Shown: positions 29,136 through 39,511 of the stretch, one piece after another
Layout of the letters: each line of letters opens with the position of its first letter
Position numbering within the stretch: the stretch's first letter is position 1
Assembly: GCA_041651235.1 (NCBI GenBank)
Contig: JBAZJQ010000001.1
Coordinates: 31,673-95,672, forward strand
Origin: Candidatus Pacearchaeota archaeon
GTDB lineage: Archaea; Nanobdellota; Nanobdellia; Pacearchaeales; GW2011-AR1
Reading direction: 5' to 3'
Length of the DNA: 64,000 nucleotides
The notes under the pieces: model-generated
What the model saw: the letters and a program-made list of their open reading frames with translations, nothing else
Told to the model about the DNA's origin: nothing
Database searches by the model: none
Translations under genes and position numbers: made by a program

Positions 29136-29597
29136 ATGGGTCATCAATGCACACATTGCGGAAAGATTTATCCTGATGCATCTCAGGAGCTATTAACTGG
29201 ATGTTCTTGTGGAGCTCGGTTTTTTTATTATATTAAACAAGAAAAAATAGAGCAATTAGAAAGAGAAACTCAGAATAAGATAGAACTTCTCAATCGAGCA
29301 GATAAAATACAAGTTGAAAAAGATATTAGAGAAATAACTGGATTAGATGAAGAACCAGATAAGCCAGTTATATTAGATTTAGAATCTATTAAAATACTTG
29401 AACCAGGAAAATTTGAAATCGATATTATTAATTTATTTTCAAGAAATCGTCCTTTAATATACAAATTAGAAGAAGGAAAATATATTATTGATTTATCAAG
29501 TAGTTTGAAAGTAGATACCGATGAAATTAATAAAAAAATCAGAAATCCTGATTTGTTGAAACAAGAAGAAAGAGAGAGAAAGGAAGAAGAAAAATGA
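29136..29597 (+). CDS. oapC: DUF2072 Zn-ribbon protein (OapC-like)
   Basis: HQCTHCG...LLTGCSCG..FFY; ESIKILEPGKFEID; EEGKYIIDL. Confidence 0.85.
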   Translation: MGHQCTHCGKIYPDASQELLTGCSCGARFFYYIKQEKIEQLERETQNKIELLNRADKIQVEKDIREITGLDEEPDKPVILDLESIKILEPGKFEIDIINLFSRNRPLIYKLEEGKYIIDLSSSLKVDTDEINKKIRNPDLLKQEERERKEEEK

Positions 29598-29848
29598 AAG
29601 CTTATTTGAAGGTATATGGTATTAGGGAAGGGCAATTTTCAAATGAAAATGTTGTTAGATGTACGACTTTTACTGGTTCTGAAATATCTGGATTTTTTGA
29701 TAAAAGGTTTATATGTCCCTTGGGTTTAGAAGTGAAAGTTTTGGATAATCAAGGAGAAGCAACTTGCATTGTCCCTCAAGGAGGAAACTTCTTAGAAGAA
29801 AATAATCCTATTTGGGTTAATTCATCTGGTATAACTTATGAAAACTAA
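29594..29848 (+). CDS. Hypothetical protein
   Basis: 84 aa; ATGA overlap with the previous gene. Confidence 0.55.
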   Translation: MKAYLKVYGIREGQFSNENVVRCTTFTGSEISGFFDKRFICPLGLEVKVLDNQGEATCIVPQGGNFLEENNPIWVNSSGITYEN

Positions 29849-29879
29849 GTTTTAAATAATATATTTCTTTGTGTATAAT

Positions 29880-31136
29880 ATGAAAATTAATGATATTCTT
29901 AAAGAGCAAATTGAATTAATCAAGCCATCTTTGGAAACTCAAGATAAAATAAACAAAACTACTAAGGAGTTTATGAGTTATCTTGATAAAAATCTAAAGA
30001 AAAATAAAATGAAAGCAGATGTTTTTCTTGGGGGAAGTGTTGCAAAATCAACTTTAATCAAAAAGGAAATCTATGATGTTGATATTTTTATCAGATTTGA
30101 AAATTCAAAAGATATGGGTAAATTGCATAAGATTTTGAAAAAAGCTAAAAAAGTCCATGGTTCAAGAGATTATTATCAATTAGAAGTTAGTGGGGTTGTT
30201 ATGGAAATAATCCCTGTTTTGAAGATTAAAAAACCAGAACAAGCTGAAAATGTAACTGATTTAAGTTATTTTCATGTTAAATATGTTTTAGATAAAATTA
30301 AGAAAAATAAAAGATTAGCAGATGAAATAAGACTAGCAAAGACATTTTGTCATGCAAATAATTGTTATGGTGCAGAAAGTTATATTCATGGATTTTCAGG
30401 TTATGCATTAGAATTATTAATCTGTCATTATAAAAGTTTTTTGAGTTTTATTAAAGCTATTGCTAAGATTAATATAGATAAAAAAGAAAAGTTAGTTATA
30501 GATGACTCTAAGTTTTATCTAGGTAAAAACATTATTTATGAATTAAATGAAGCTAAAACCCAGAGCCCAATAATTTTAGTTGATCCTACATTTAAAGAAA
30601 GAAATGCTCTTGCTGGATTGAATCATGAAACTTTTTTTCATTTTCAGAAGACATGCAAGGAATTTTTAAGAAAACCTAGCAAGGGATATTTTATCAACAA
30701 GGATATTCATGAGGAATTAACTAAAAAATACCAAAACAAATTGAAAATTGTTTCGGTTAAAACAAGCAAACAAGCAGGGGATATTTCCGGGAGTAAATCT
30801 CTTAAATTCTTTTATTTTTTTGTAGATAGATTAAACAGAGAATTTATTGTTAAGGTTTCTGAATTTAATTATAACGATGAAAAGAATACTGCATACTTTT
30901 ACCTGGTATTAGACAAAAAGAGAGATGAAATAAGAAAGGGGCCAAAAGTTGTTGATGTTAATAATTTAACCAGATTTAAAAAAATACATAAAAATGCATT
31001 CATAAAAAATAACGTTGCTTATGCCAAAATTAATCATAATCTAAGTTTTGAAAAATGGCTTAAAGAATTTAATAAAAAAGAAAAAGAGATTATAAAACAA
31101 ATGAGTGTTAAAAAAATAGACTTAAATAATATATAA
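29880..31136 (+). CDS. cca: Class I CCA tRNA nucleotidyltransferase
   Basis: GGSVAKST...DVDIF, YGAESYIHGFSGYALELL, LVDPTFKERN. Confidence 0.93.
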   Translation: MKINDILKEQIELIKPSLETQDKINKTTKEFMSYLDKNLKKNKMKADVFLGGSVAKSTLIKKEIYDVDIFIRFENSKDMGKLHKILKKAKKVHGSRDYYQLEVSGVVMEIIPVLKIKKPEQAENVTDLSYFHVKYVLDKIKKNKRLADEIRLAKTFCHANNCYGAESYIHGFSGYALELLICHYKSFLSFIKAIAKINIDKKEKLVIDDSKFYLGKNIIYELNEAKTQSPIILVDPTFKERNALAGLNHETFFHFQKTCKEFLRKPSKGYFINKDIHEELTKKYQNKLKIVSVKTSKQAGDISGSKSLKFFYFFVDRLNREFIVKVSEFNYNDEKNTAYFYLVLDKKRDEIRKGPKVVDVNNLTRFKKIHKNAFIKNNVAYAKINHNLSFEKWLKEFNKKEKEIIKQMSVKKIDLNNI

Positions 31137-31520
31137 TCAATCTGATTCTTCAGAATCTAGAATGTTCATTCTAGATAAATAAATTTGATTAACTCTTAAT
31201 GAAATAGTTTTAGATAAACTAAGATGATTATTACTCATTATGTTTCTATCCATTATCAACCCTCTAATTTCATTGAGTCTCTGCTCTAAAATTTTTTCTT
31301 TTTGTCTTTCACTAAGAGATCTAAATCCATTGTTTGCTTCTTTTCTCATTCTTCTTAAATTATATGCTAATTCTTTTCGTAAGTTTAGATATTCTGGATT
31401 AATATTTTGTCTAATCTCTCTGCATTTAACTTCATCATCATAAGAAGAATGCCATTCTCCAGACTGTTCTCTGTGTAATGTATTTGTTCCTGCAGAATAT
31501 CCAAATTCTTCTGTTTCCAT
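31137..31520 (-). CDS. Hypothetical protein
   Basis: 127-aa ORF filling the gap. Confidence 0.55.
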   Translation of the reverse strand: METEEFGYSAGTNTLHREQSGEWHSSYDDEVKCREIRQNINPEYLNLRKELAYNLRRMRKEANNGFRSLSERQKEKILEQRLNEIRGLIMDRNIMSNNHLSLSKTISLRVNQIYLSRMNILDSEESD

Positions 31521-31561
31521 TTTAATCTATAATATCTTCTAATCAAAAATATCTTTTAAAC

Positions 31562-32338
31562 TTATTCATTAAATGCTTTGTCAAATAAACATGACAATGC
31601 TGAAGTGAAAAAAGGAGTATTAAGCCAAACAGCTAATTCTTCTTCGGGATTTCCTTTTGAAATTGTGAATAATACCTGATCATTATCTGCTACATAGAAT
31701 TTAGCGTCGATTGTGGTTGGTTTTGCTTTTATTTTGAATTTTGCATTTATCTTTTTAATTTCCTTATCATTACCTGACAAAGCAATTTTTATTTTAATAT
31801 CATTCTGATTTAATCTGTCAAATATTGCTGCAAAAAATCTTGATTTATTCATAACTTCTGCAACAGATGTGCAAATTATAACTTCTTTTTTTGCATTTTC
31901 TAATATTTCCTTTATATGAGAATAAATTGTTGATTTTCCTTTTATTGCTCCGGAAATATCTTCATGTCTTACAGGCACTATCCCGGTATTGTAAAGCTGT
32001 TCCAATTCAGAATATTCTTTTGTGTTCTTTAAATCTCCTAAGACCTTGATTTTTTCATCTGCATTTCTTAAGGTATTTGATTTTAACTTTTCAATAATTA
32101 CATTAGGTTTAACTGCAACATATTTAACTGGTTTTCCTAGTTTCATTATTGCAAAACCTTGTTTTTCCAATGATTCAAGAACATCATAAGTTCTGCTTCT
32201 TGGAACTCCGGACATTTCAGCAATTTCTCCTGCAGAAGCCACTCCTTTGCTAAGCAGTGCTAGCCAGACTTTAGTTTCATAAATGTTTAAGTTAAAGTGT
32301 TCTTTAATTTGCTTAACAAGTTCTTGTTTAATTATCAT
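31562..32338 (-). CDS. TrmB-family regulator/chromatin protein (TrmBL2-like)
   Basis: LNIYETKVWLALL...SGVPRSRTYDVLESLEKQGF...GKPVKYVAV. Confidence 0.9.
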   Translation of the reverse strand: MIIKQELVKQIKEHFNLNIYETKVWLALLSKGVASAGEIAEMSGVPRSRTYDVLESLEKQGFAIMKLGKPVKYVAVKPNVIIEKLKSNTLRNADEKIKVLGDLKNTKEYSELEQLYNTGIVPVRHEDISGAIKGKSTIYSHIKEILENAKKEVIICTSVAEVMNKSRFFAAIFDRLNQNDIKIKIALSGNDKEIKKINAKFKIKAKPTTIDAKFYVADNDQVLFTISKGNPEEELAVWLNTPFFTSALSCLFDKAFNE

Positions 32339-32455
32339 ATTCCCTATAATGTTAAAAATTAAAATCAGAACCTATTTATAAAGCTTTCTAGTGTTGTCAC
32401 TGATGAATTAGAACAAAAGCATAAAGTTTAAAAACAAGAATAGACAAAGAATTTT

Positions 32456-32782
32456 ATGGCAAAGGAAAGAACTGGATTTGGAGTGGGATTTGGAAAAACT
32501 GAACCTCCTAGAACAATATATGAGGATTATATTGGTAAACTTATAATTACAAATAACTCCGATGGTAAAAGCATTGTTGGGGTCTTACAAAAAATTGATA
32601 AAGAAAATAATGTTGCTGTTTTTAGTCCGTTTATGGGATATAAAGGAGATGATTCAGCATATGTTAATAAAGAACCTGCGATATTAGCGTTGCCTTTAAC
32701 TGCAATATATCCTGGACAATTTGATTTAGGAGAATATGTTGCTGGTTATAATAAAAAATTAGAGCAAAGAAGTCCAAAATAA
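32456..32782 (+). CDS. Hypothetical protein, possibly Sm/LSm-like fold
   Basis: YIGKLIITNNSDGKSIVGVLQKIDKENN resembles Sm motif 1. Confidence 0.5.
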   Translation: MAKERTGFGVGFGKTEPPRTIYEDYIGKLIITNNSDGKSIVGVLQKIDKENNVAVFSPFMGYKGDDSAYVNKEPAILALPLTAIYPGQFDLGEYVAGYNKKLEQRSPK

Positions 32783-32783
32783 A

Positions 32784-33212
32784 ATGGAAAAATTCACAGT
32801 TGATTTATCTGGAATAAGCAGACATATAGATGGATTTGAGAAAGAATATGAACAGATATTAAAAGGACAGTTATTAAAACATGGGTTTTATAATAAAAAT
32901 TGCTTGTATTCTGTTTTTGATGATTTTTTTACAAAGAAGTTAGAAGAAACTGGAACTTATAGATTTAACAAATCAGGAGAAGCAAAAAAAGGAATTTTTG
33001 CTTTTAAAAAACAGGATTTAATATGGGCTCCTGATGAAAACACTAATATCTGGTTTTATATTGAATCACAATTAAACCCTGGAATTGCTATTTATGACAA
33101 AAGACAATTTAATAATGAAGATGATGATCCGAGAAGCCCATATATTTTTAAAAACCCTAATAAGAAATTAGATGCTTTGCTTGGAATAGCTTCAATTAAA
33201 TTTGTTGATTAA
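32784..33212 (+). CDS. Hypothetical protein
   Basis: 142-aa ORF coupled to the previous gene. Confidence 0.6.
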   Translation: MEKFTVDLSGISRHIDGFEKEYEQILKGQLLKHGFYNKNCLYSVFDDFFTKKLEETGTYRFNKSGEAKKGIFAFKKQDLIWAPDENTNIWFYIESQLNPGIAIYDKRQFNNEDDDPRSPYIFKNPNKKLDALLGIASIKFVD

Positions 33213-33224
33213 AATTATATTTAT

Positions 33225-34145
33225 TTAAAAAAGAAGCCAGCTGATAACCATTCCAATATACATTGCAATTGTTAAAAAAGGCATGGCAGGATAGAACTTA
33301 CCTTTCTCTGAATTAATTAAAAGATATAATAATCCTAATGATGCACTTAATGCAATTATTAAAGCAGAACCTACTCCATAAACTTTTAAGAAAACACCTG
33401 AGGCAATTATTGGGAAAACTATGTCTCCTCCGCCTAAAATAGCTAAATTAATTTTTATCTTTGCTTTTTTGAATGCATTTTCCATTATTTTTTCTGATTT
33501 GCCTTTGTATTTTTGTTTTATATTTTTTATTTTTACTCTATCATGTCTTTTTATATATGGAATAAAAAATCCTCCAAACACCTTCAATGTATTCATTTGA
33601 TATTTCGCCATTTTTTGCATAAATCCTGAATGCCAAACTGCCCATATATCATAAAGAGAAATTGCTAATAACAATAATATAATTCCTAGAACTCCTAAAA
33701 TTGAAACAAAAACAGCTGCAATTCCTGGATAAATCATTAGTTCTGTTATATTATGAATTAAGATATTTCTTTTAAATATCTTAAAGAAAGCTAATGGCAA
33801 TGCAATTACAACTGCAATTATAGAAGCATGGATTAAATTCATTTTAAATAAAACTACATTTAAAGTCAAAGAAATTGCTAATATAGTTACAATAAAAAAC
33901 CAGGCTCTAAGAAATTTCTCTGCTTTTATCTTTGTTAAAATAAATAATAAGAATATTGCAAATGCAAAAGAAATCATTATCTGAATTAAAAGTCCTGTTC
34001 CTTCTACTTGTTTTATCTCTTCAGGAGGCTGCATTCCATAAGGAAGAGTTTGAGTTTGGTAAGAATTAACAATCCAAATTCCGATTAATTGAGTTATCAA
34101 AAACATTGCAATAATTATTCCAGTTATTTTCCAGTTATGTTTCAT
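33225..34145 (-). CDS. Presenilin/SPP-type intramembrane aspartyl protease
   Basis: YD in a TM segment, LGGGD (GxGD), PAMP motif; start taken at ATG 34145. Confidence 0.9.
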   Translation of the reverse strand: MKHNWKITGIIIAMFLITQLIGIWIVNSYQTQTLPYGMQPPEEIKQVEGTGLLIQIMISFAFAIFLLFILTKIKAEKFLRAWFFIVTILAISLTLNVVLFKMNLIHASIIAVVIALPLAFFKIFKRNILIHNITELMIYPGIAAVFVSILGVLGIILLLLAISLYDIWAVWHSGFMQKMAKYQMNTLKVFGGFFIPYIKRHDRVKIKNIKQKYKGKSEKIMENAFKKAKIKINLAILGGGDIVFPIIASGVFLKVYGVGSALIIALSASLGLLYLLINSEKGKFYPAMPFLTIAMYIGMVISWLLF

Positions 34146-34214
34146 GGGCAAGGGGACCCCCCTTCCATATCCCCGAAGTTATTCTCATGGTTTTTCATCT
34201 TTTTATTATATTTA

Positions 34215-34310
34215 TTTATAATCTATTAAGACATAAGTTTTGCAGATGAGTTGATTAAGCTTAATCTTTATCCTCTTTGTTGTTTGTCTTAATAAGATAT
34301 TGATAAATTT
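34215..34310 (+). repeat. Dispersed intergenic element, copy 9 (most symmetric)
   Basis: TATTAAGACA...GCAGATGA-GTTG-ATTAAGCTTAATC...TGTCTTAATA. Confidence 0.85.
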
Positions 34311-34403
34311 TATTATACTTATTAAAAGTAAAGATAGTTTTTAAATTATTAGTATATGATAATTTATAATAAAGCTTAAAAATAGAATTCGGATAGATTG
34401 TTC

Positions 34404-34973
34404 ATGCAAATATTAGAAAGAAAAAAAGAGGAAGTTGAAGCTAAGGCTGAAAAAATGTCAGATTTCTTAAAAATGGAGTATTTAGAAAATTGTTTAAAGC
34501 ATAATATTGATATTGCTGCTCAAAGATATTGCTGTATGGAGCTTTCTAAAGTATATGAAAAAAGAATTATGTATCCTCAGGCAATAAAATATTTATCTAA
34601 TCTTGAAGGGCTTGGAATTGGAGACAGAGAAAAAATAAGCATTTATCTTAAGCAAGCAGAACTAATGATTAAAGCAGGACTTTATGAGCAAGTTAATTAT
34701 CCCTACAAAAAAGCTGCTTCTATAATAAATGAAGGAGAAAGACATGAATTAAGAAGAAGAATAATCGGATTCTATAAAGCACAAGCAGAAACACTTGAAA
34801 AAACAAGGAAGATCGCTGCAGCATTAAAACTTTATGAAAGATTAGTCCATCTTGTTACAGATGCAGAACAAATAGAAGTTAAGAAGAAAATGCTTGAAAG
34901 CTATAACAAATTAGGAAAAGTAAGAGAATATGTTGAGTTGAAAAAAGAATTAGAGAGACTACCTCAATTATAA
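34404..34973 (+). CDS. TPR-like helical hypothetical protein
   Basis: Repeated helical A..Y..A patterns. Confidence 0.7.
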   Translation: MQILERKKEEVEAKAEKMSDFLKMEYLENCLKHNIDIAAQRYCCMELSKVYEKRIMYPQAIKYLSNLEGLGIGDREKISIYLKQAELMIKAGLYEQVNYPYKKAASIINEGERHELRRRIIGFYKAQAETLEKTRKIAAALKLYERLVHLVTDAEQIEVKKKMLESYNKLGKVREYVELKKELERLPQL

Positions 34974-35046
34974 AAATAATCTTGCTAAAATAAAGAATCC
35001 TATAAAAATTAATTATATTTATATAATCTAAATTAATAATTTTATT

Positions 35047-37524
35047 ATGAAAAAAAGAGGGCAGAGTCAAATTATTACAACTATTTTGATAATCTTATTA
35101 GTCCTTGTTGCAATTATTGTTATTTGGAATGTTGTTTCAGGAGTTATAAAAACTAGTTCTGATAAAATAACAATAGCCCCGTTTGTGAACCAAGCTGAAA
35201 TTGAATCTTTAACATTACAAAACGGAGGGGTAACTGCTTTAGTTGGAGTTAAGAGAACAGGGGGAGATGATGAATTAGCTGGATTAAAAATCATATTTGA
35301 AGATGGAAATAAAAATATTTATATTTATGAAAATTTAACAGATTATCCTAAAAATTTAGAAACTAAATATTATACTATCCAAAACACAGATACTAAACCA
35401 GAAATTTCTAATTTCAGTATTGTAGAAAAAACATCTGTTGTTCTTTTAGTAATGGATAGTACTAAAGATAAAACCAATTGTACTGCTGAAGCCAATGTTA
35501 TTACTTGTGGGACTTGGGTATGTGGAAATAAAATAAATAATTGCGGACAAAGTGTAAGCTGTGGAAATTGCAGTGGAAATTGCAATAATGGGAATTGTGA
35601 ATTGATTAATATTGGATATTCCAATAATATCACCCAATATGGAATTACTTGGCATTTTGATAAACAAATGGAATTTGGGACTTATGCAAACGGCGACTAT
35701 TGGGTTGTTGGTCCAGTGAATATTACTCAAATTGAACCGGAACCTGTTTGCGACATAAGTAATGGAAGGCATGGAACTATGATTAATCCAAGATTTAATA
35801 ACCAGCAAGGATATGATGCACGAGCACCAGGATATAATCTTACCTTATGCAAAGTAAAAGCTAGTGCATCTCCAGGAGATTCAGTTATTTCAACAATTAG
35901 CTTGCCTAACCAGATTGGATTTACATTTGTTAAATCTGCATCTGTATTAACTATTGTGGATGTACCTCAATCTTCAGATAAATTCAGACCTCCTTATACA
36001 AGACCAACAAGAATAAAAGAAAGCTCGCAAGATAATTTGGTTTATTCCTCCAATAATATTAATTATGAGCTTCTTCCAAAATTAATGCCAATTTCAGCTA
36101 CCCCCCTTTTATCCCAAACAGAAAAAAAATTTGAAAGAGTTTGGATAGAGCATTTTGAAGGATGGGAACTTGGAAGAATCCAGCCATATGATAATATGGC
36201 AGACTATGGCAGAGAGAATAGTGTGGATGTATCTGAAGCATCTTTACAATTACTTCTTAATTATTCAAATCAGGACAAGAAAAAACTTTTAATTGGATTT
36301 ATGCAATATGGGATCGATCTCTATGGAATTTATCTTGATAATGGAGAATGGCATCCGGATGGAGGTATATTTATGGGGAGAAAGTGGCCTTTATTATTTA
36401 CTGGGATAATGTTGAATAATTCTATCAAAAATATAGAGATGAATCCAGAAAGATTTCAAGAAGATGGCCAAACCTTTTATGTTAGCCCCCCTGAAATTTA
36501 TTCTATTCCCTATTATTTAAATTCAAATGGATTATACTCTACATTATCTGAAGGGAAAGCAAAAATAACAAATTCAAGTAATGTTGTGGAGGGGATAAAC
36601 ACATTATGGAAAAGTTCAGGTATAATCGAAGGAGACAGCATAATTGGAACTGATGGAAAAAAATATACCTGTATAACTAAACATATTTCAAATGAATCTA
36701 CAAGGCCTATATCTGGCAATGTCTGGCAAAATTATTGGATATTGAATAATAATGCCCAATATGTCTTTAGCTGGGCAAATAATTCAGAATATAAAATTGC
36801 ATTTTTTGGGGTTGAAAATGATTCTTATGAGGCTTATAACCCTAATGGAAAAGCTCACGTTATAAGTAAAATAATCGACGATACTCATCTTCTTCTTGAA
36901 GATAACTATCGTGGAAATACAGACTTGAGCGGAAATGCAAATTTTAAAATAGGAAATATTTTAGTTTATTATGGTCATGGCAATCCTTCTAAAGTATTTG
37001 ACTTTACAGAATATACAAATAATAATCTTGGACTTCCTGAGTGGGGATTACAACATGCAACTCAGCCGGGAATTGATGGATTAAATTGGTGGGATGCTGA
37101 TTATAGAACATTAAATGGAGCTTCTTGGCCAGGGACTATTCTTGCGGTGCTTATCCTAGACCAAAATACTTCTTCAAGAAAATTATGGGATCATAATTCT
37201 TTATTTGATTATCAAGATAGATATATGGAAGTAGAATCTATAGATTTTAGTATCTGGGATGGTGTTGGGAAATACAATCGAGCTCTAAAAAATCAGTTTA
37301 TTGAAGGTATGTGGGATACATATAGAAAAAATTATGGATGTATTTGGGTTAGAAACAATAAGACAGATATTTATTCTCAGGGGCATTATGAATGTGAAAA
37401 TAAAAATATTTCATGCGCTTGGCAAGCTGAAATGTGTGTAGGGTGTATCCAAGTTTCAAGCTGTCCCTCTTATCCTAACCAAAGAGCATATGATTATGAC
37501 CCTTGTAATTTGGGATGTAATTAA
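35047..37524 (+). CDS. Pilin-like N-terminus fused to a large extracellular domain
   Basis: KRG|QSQIITTILII; Cys linker; ITQYGITWHFD...ANGDYWVVGPV domain. Confidence 0.75.
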   Translation: MKKRGQSQIITTILIILLVLVAIIVIWNVVSGVIKTSSDKITIAPFVNQAEIESLTLQNGGVTALVGVKRTGGDDELAGLKIIFEDGNKNIYIYENLTDYPKNLETKYYTIQNTDTKPEISNFSIVEKTSVVLLVMDSTKDKTNCTAEANVITCGTWVCGNKINNCGQSVSCGNCSGNCNNGNCELINIGYSNNITQYGITWHFDKQMEFGTYANGDYWVVGPVNITQIEPEPVCDISNGRHGTMINPRFNNQQGYDARAPGYNLTLCKVKASASPGDSVISTISLPNQIGFTFVKSASVLTIVDVPQSSDKFRPPYTRPTRIKESSQDNLVYSSNNINYELLPKLMPISATPLLSQTEKKFERVWIEHFEGWELGRIQPYDNMADYGRENSVDVSEASLQLLLNYSNQDKKKLLIGFMQYGIDLYGIYLDNGEWHPDGGIFMGRKWPLLFTGIMLNNSIKNIEMNPERFQEDGQTFYVSPPEIYSIPYYLNSNGLYSTLSEGKAKITNSSNVVEGINTLWKSSGIIEGDSIIGTDGKKYTCITKHISNESTRPISGNVWQNYWILNNNAQYVFSWANNSEYKIAFFGVENDSYEAYNPNGKAHVISKIIDDTHLLLEDNYRGNTDLSGNANFKIGNILVYYGHGNPSKVFDFTEYTNNNLGLPEWGLQHATQPGIDGLNWWDADYRTLNGASWPGTILAVLILDQNTSSRKLWDHNSLFDYQDRYMEVESIDFSIWDGVGKYNRALKNQFIEGMWDTYRKNYGCIWVRNNKTDIYSQGHYECENKNISCAWQAEMCVGCIQVSSCPSYPNQRAYDYDPCNLGCN

Positions 37525-37535
37525 CAAAGACATTA

Positions 37536-37566
37536 ATTTGATTTACCTCAATTCGATAAATCAAAT
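37536..37566. terminator. Hairpin between convergent genes
   Basis: ATTTGATTTA-N11-TAAATCAAAT. Confidence 0.4.
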
Positions 37567-37595
37567 CTTGGTTTATATTTTATTGCTAATTTGAT

Positions 37596-39485
37596 TTACC
37601 TCAATCTTAAAGTCTCTAGATTTCTTGGGACATTTGTTTCAATGTGATGTAATTTGTATATGCTGGATGCTAAATCCATGCATTTACTTTGCTCTCCATG
37701 ATTAATAATAATTCTATTTGCTCTTGGTTGAGTCCTATTTGCAAATTCTAGTAATTCATTTCTTCCTGCGTGAGCAGTTAGTCCTGCGATTGTAGTTATC
37801 TGCATATTTACTTCAACTAATTCTTCTTTTCCATCAATATTCATTTGAACTTGTTTTGCTCCATCTTGTACTTGTCTTCCTAAAGAACCAACTCCCTGAT
37901 AACAAACAAAACACATTCTGTTATTTGGATTTGTTGCAAAATGTCTAAAGTATTCTACTGAAGCTCCTCCAACTAACATTCCTGAAGTTGCAAGAACAAC
38001 ACAAGGTCCTCCTTCAATAACTTGCTTTCTTTCAGACGGGCTTCCTACTCTCTGAAAAGTATCTGAAACAAAGGGGTTATTATCTTGGAAAATCTCTGTT
38101 CTTACATTTGCATTTAAGAAATCAGGATAAGCTGTATGAATTCCATTAATATCCCAAATCATACCATCAATATAAATAGGAACTTTTGGAAGCCTGTTTT
38201 GCCTCATTGCTTCTTCTAAAACAAGCATTGTTTCCTGAGCTCTTCCTAATCCTAGTTCTGGAATTAAAACTTTTCCGCCCTTGTCAATTGTTTCTTTAAT
38301 ATTATTAATTAATTCATCTTCTGAATCTTTTCTTGGAGGAAGAACATCATTTTTGCTTCCATAAGTTGATTCAATAATCATTGTTTCTAGTCTTGGGAAA
38401 TTTGCAATTGCTCTTTCTAATAGTTTTGTTCTCTGGAACTTCATATCTCCTGTGTAAAGCAAATTATGAGCTCCATTTCCAATATTTATATGAACCATTG
38501 CACTTCCTAGTGCATGTCCTGAATTATAAAATGTAATTCTCATGTCAGGTGCAATATCAGAAACTTCATTATAATCAAGACAAATAGTATGCTTGACCAT
38601 TTCTTTTATATCTGTTGAAGAAAATAAGGGTGCTGATGCTTGTTTATATGCAACTCCAATAAAATCTAATGCTAATAATGCGGCAATATCTCTTGTGGGT
38701 GCAGTCATATAAACTGGACCAGTATAACCCATTTTAAATAAATAAGGAACTAACCCTGAATGGTCTAGATGAGCATGACTTAAAATAATTGCATCTAGCT
38801 CGTTTATTTTAAATTCACTTACATCTAGATAAGGAAATTTTTCTTTTCCTCTTCCAGCAACATCAATTCCACAATCTAAAAGGACTTTGGTGTTTTGAGT
38901 TTGGAGTAATAAACATGACCTTCCAACTTGTCTTCCTCCTCCAAGCATAGTTATCCTAATCCAGCCTTCTATTTTTTCTGGATTCCATTCTTTGTAAATC
39001 TTTTTTCCAACTGAATTTAAGAATTTTTTTCTTGAATTATTATTTGCATATAAAACAGCTCTTATGCTTTCTGTTATTTTTGATTTAATTGCAGGACTTC
39101 TTTGAACCTGAGGAGTCCATAGTGATTTATCTCTTATCTCTTTAAGAATTAATCCATTTCTCCCTATAACTAAACCTGGTCTTTTTGCCTCAATTACAAC
39201 TATACTTCTTTGAGTATCAAATAAAATATCAGTTAAATCAGCTTCTGAGGGAATTTCAGCTCTAATTATTTTTTCTGTTTCTTCTTGAGTTTTAAGAACA
39301 GTTGTTTCTGCTCTTAGCTCAATTCTCTTTTTGAATTTATTAACAAGCTCTTTAATAATGCCTCCGTTATCTCTGAAAAAATCCAAATCCTCTGTGTATA
39401 CAACTATGTTTGCTCCTTCAAAACTTGCATTGCTTATTACCTTTGGCAAATCTTTTTGTATATCCTTTAGAATATCTGTTGACAT
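37596..39485 (-). CDS. fttA: aCPSF1/FttA KH-domain beta-CASP ribonuclease, transcription termination factor
   Basis: KH domains, SHAHLDH, GHALGS, ESTYG, AHAGR, NHGE; adjacent to psmB. Confidence 0.95.
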   Translation of the reverse strand: MSTDILKDIQKDLPKVISNASFEGANIVVYTEDLDFFRDNGGIIKELVNKFKKRIELRAETTVLKTQEETEKIIRAEIPSEADLTDILFDTQRSIVVIEAKRPGLVIGRNGLILKEIRDKSLWTPQVQRSPAIKSKITESIRAVLYANNNSRKKFLNSVGKKIYKEWNPEKIEGWIRITMLGGGRQVGRSCLLLQTQNTKVLLDCGIDVAGRGKEKFPYLDVSEFKINELDAIILSHAHLDHSGLVPYLFKMGYTGPVYMTAPTRDIAALLALDFIGVAYKQASAPLFSSTDIKEMVKHTICLDYNEVSDIAPDMRITFYNSGHALGSAMVHINIGNGAHNLLYTGDMKFQRTKLLERAIANFPRLETMIIESTYGSKNDVLPPRKDSEDELINNIKETIDKGGKVLIPELGLGRAQETMLVLEEAMRQNRLPKVPIYIDGMIWDINGIHTAYPDFLNANVRTEIFQDNNPFVSDTFQRVGSPSERKQVIEGGPCVVLATSGMLVGGASVEYFRHFATNPNNRMCFVCYQGVGSLGRQVQDGAKQVQMNIDGKEELVEVNMQITTIAGLTAHAGRNELLEFANRTQPRANRIIINHGEQSKCMDLASSIYKLHHIETNVPRNLETLRLR

Positions 39486-39511
39486 TTTTATACACCTCAA
39501 TAAGTATGATT

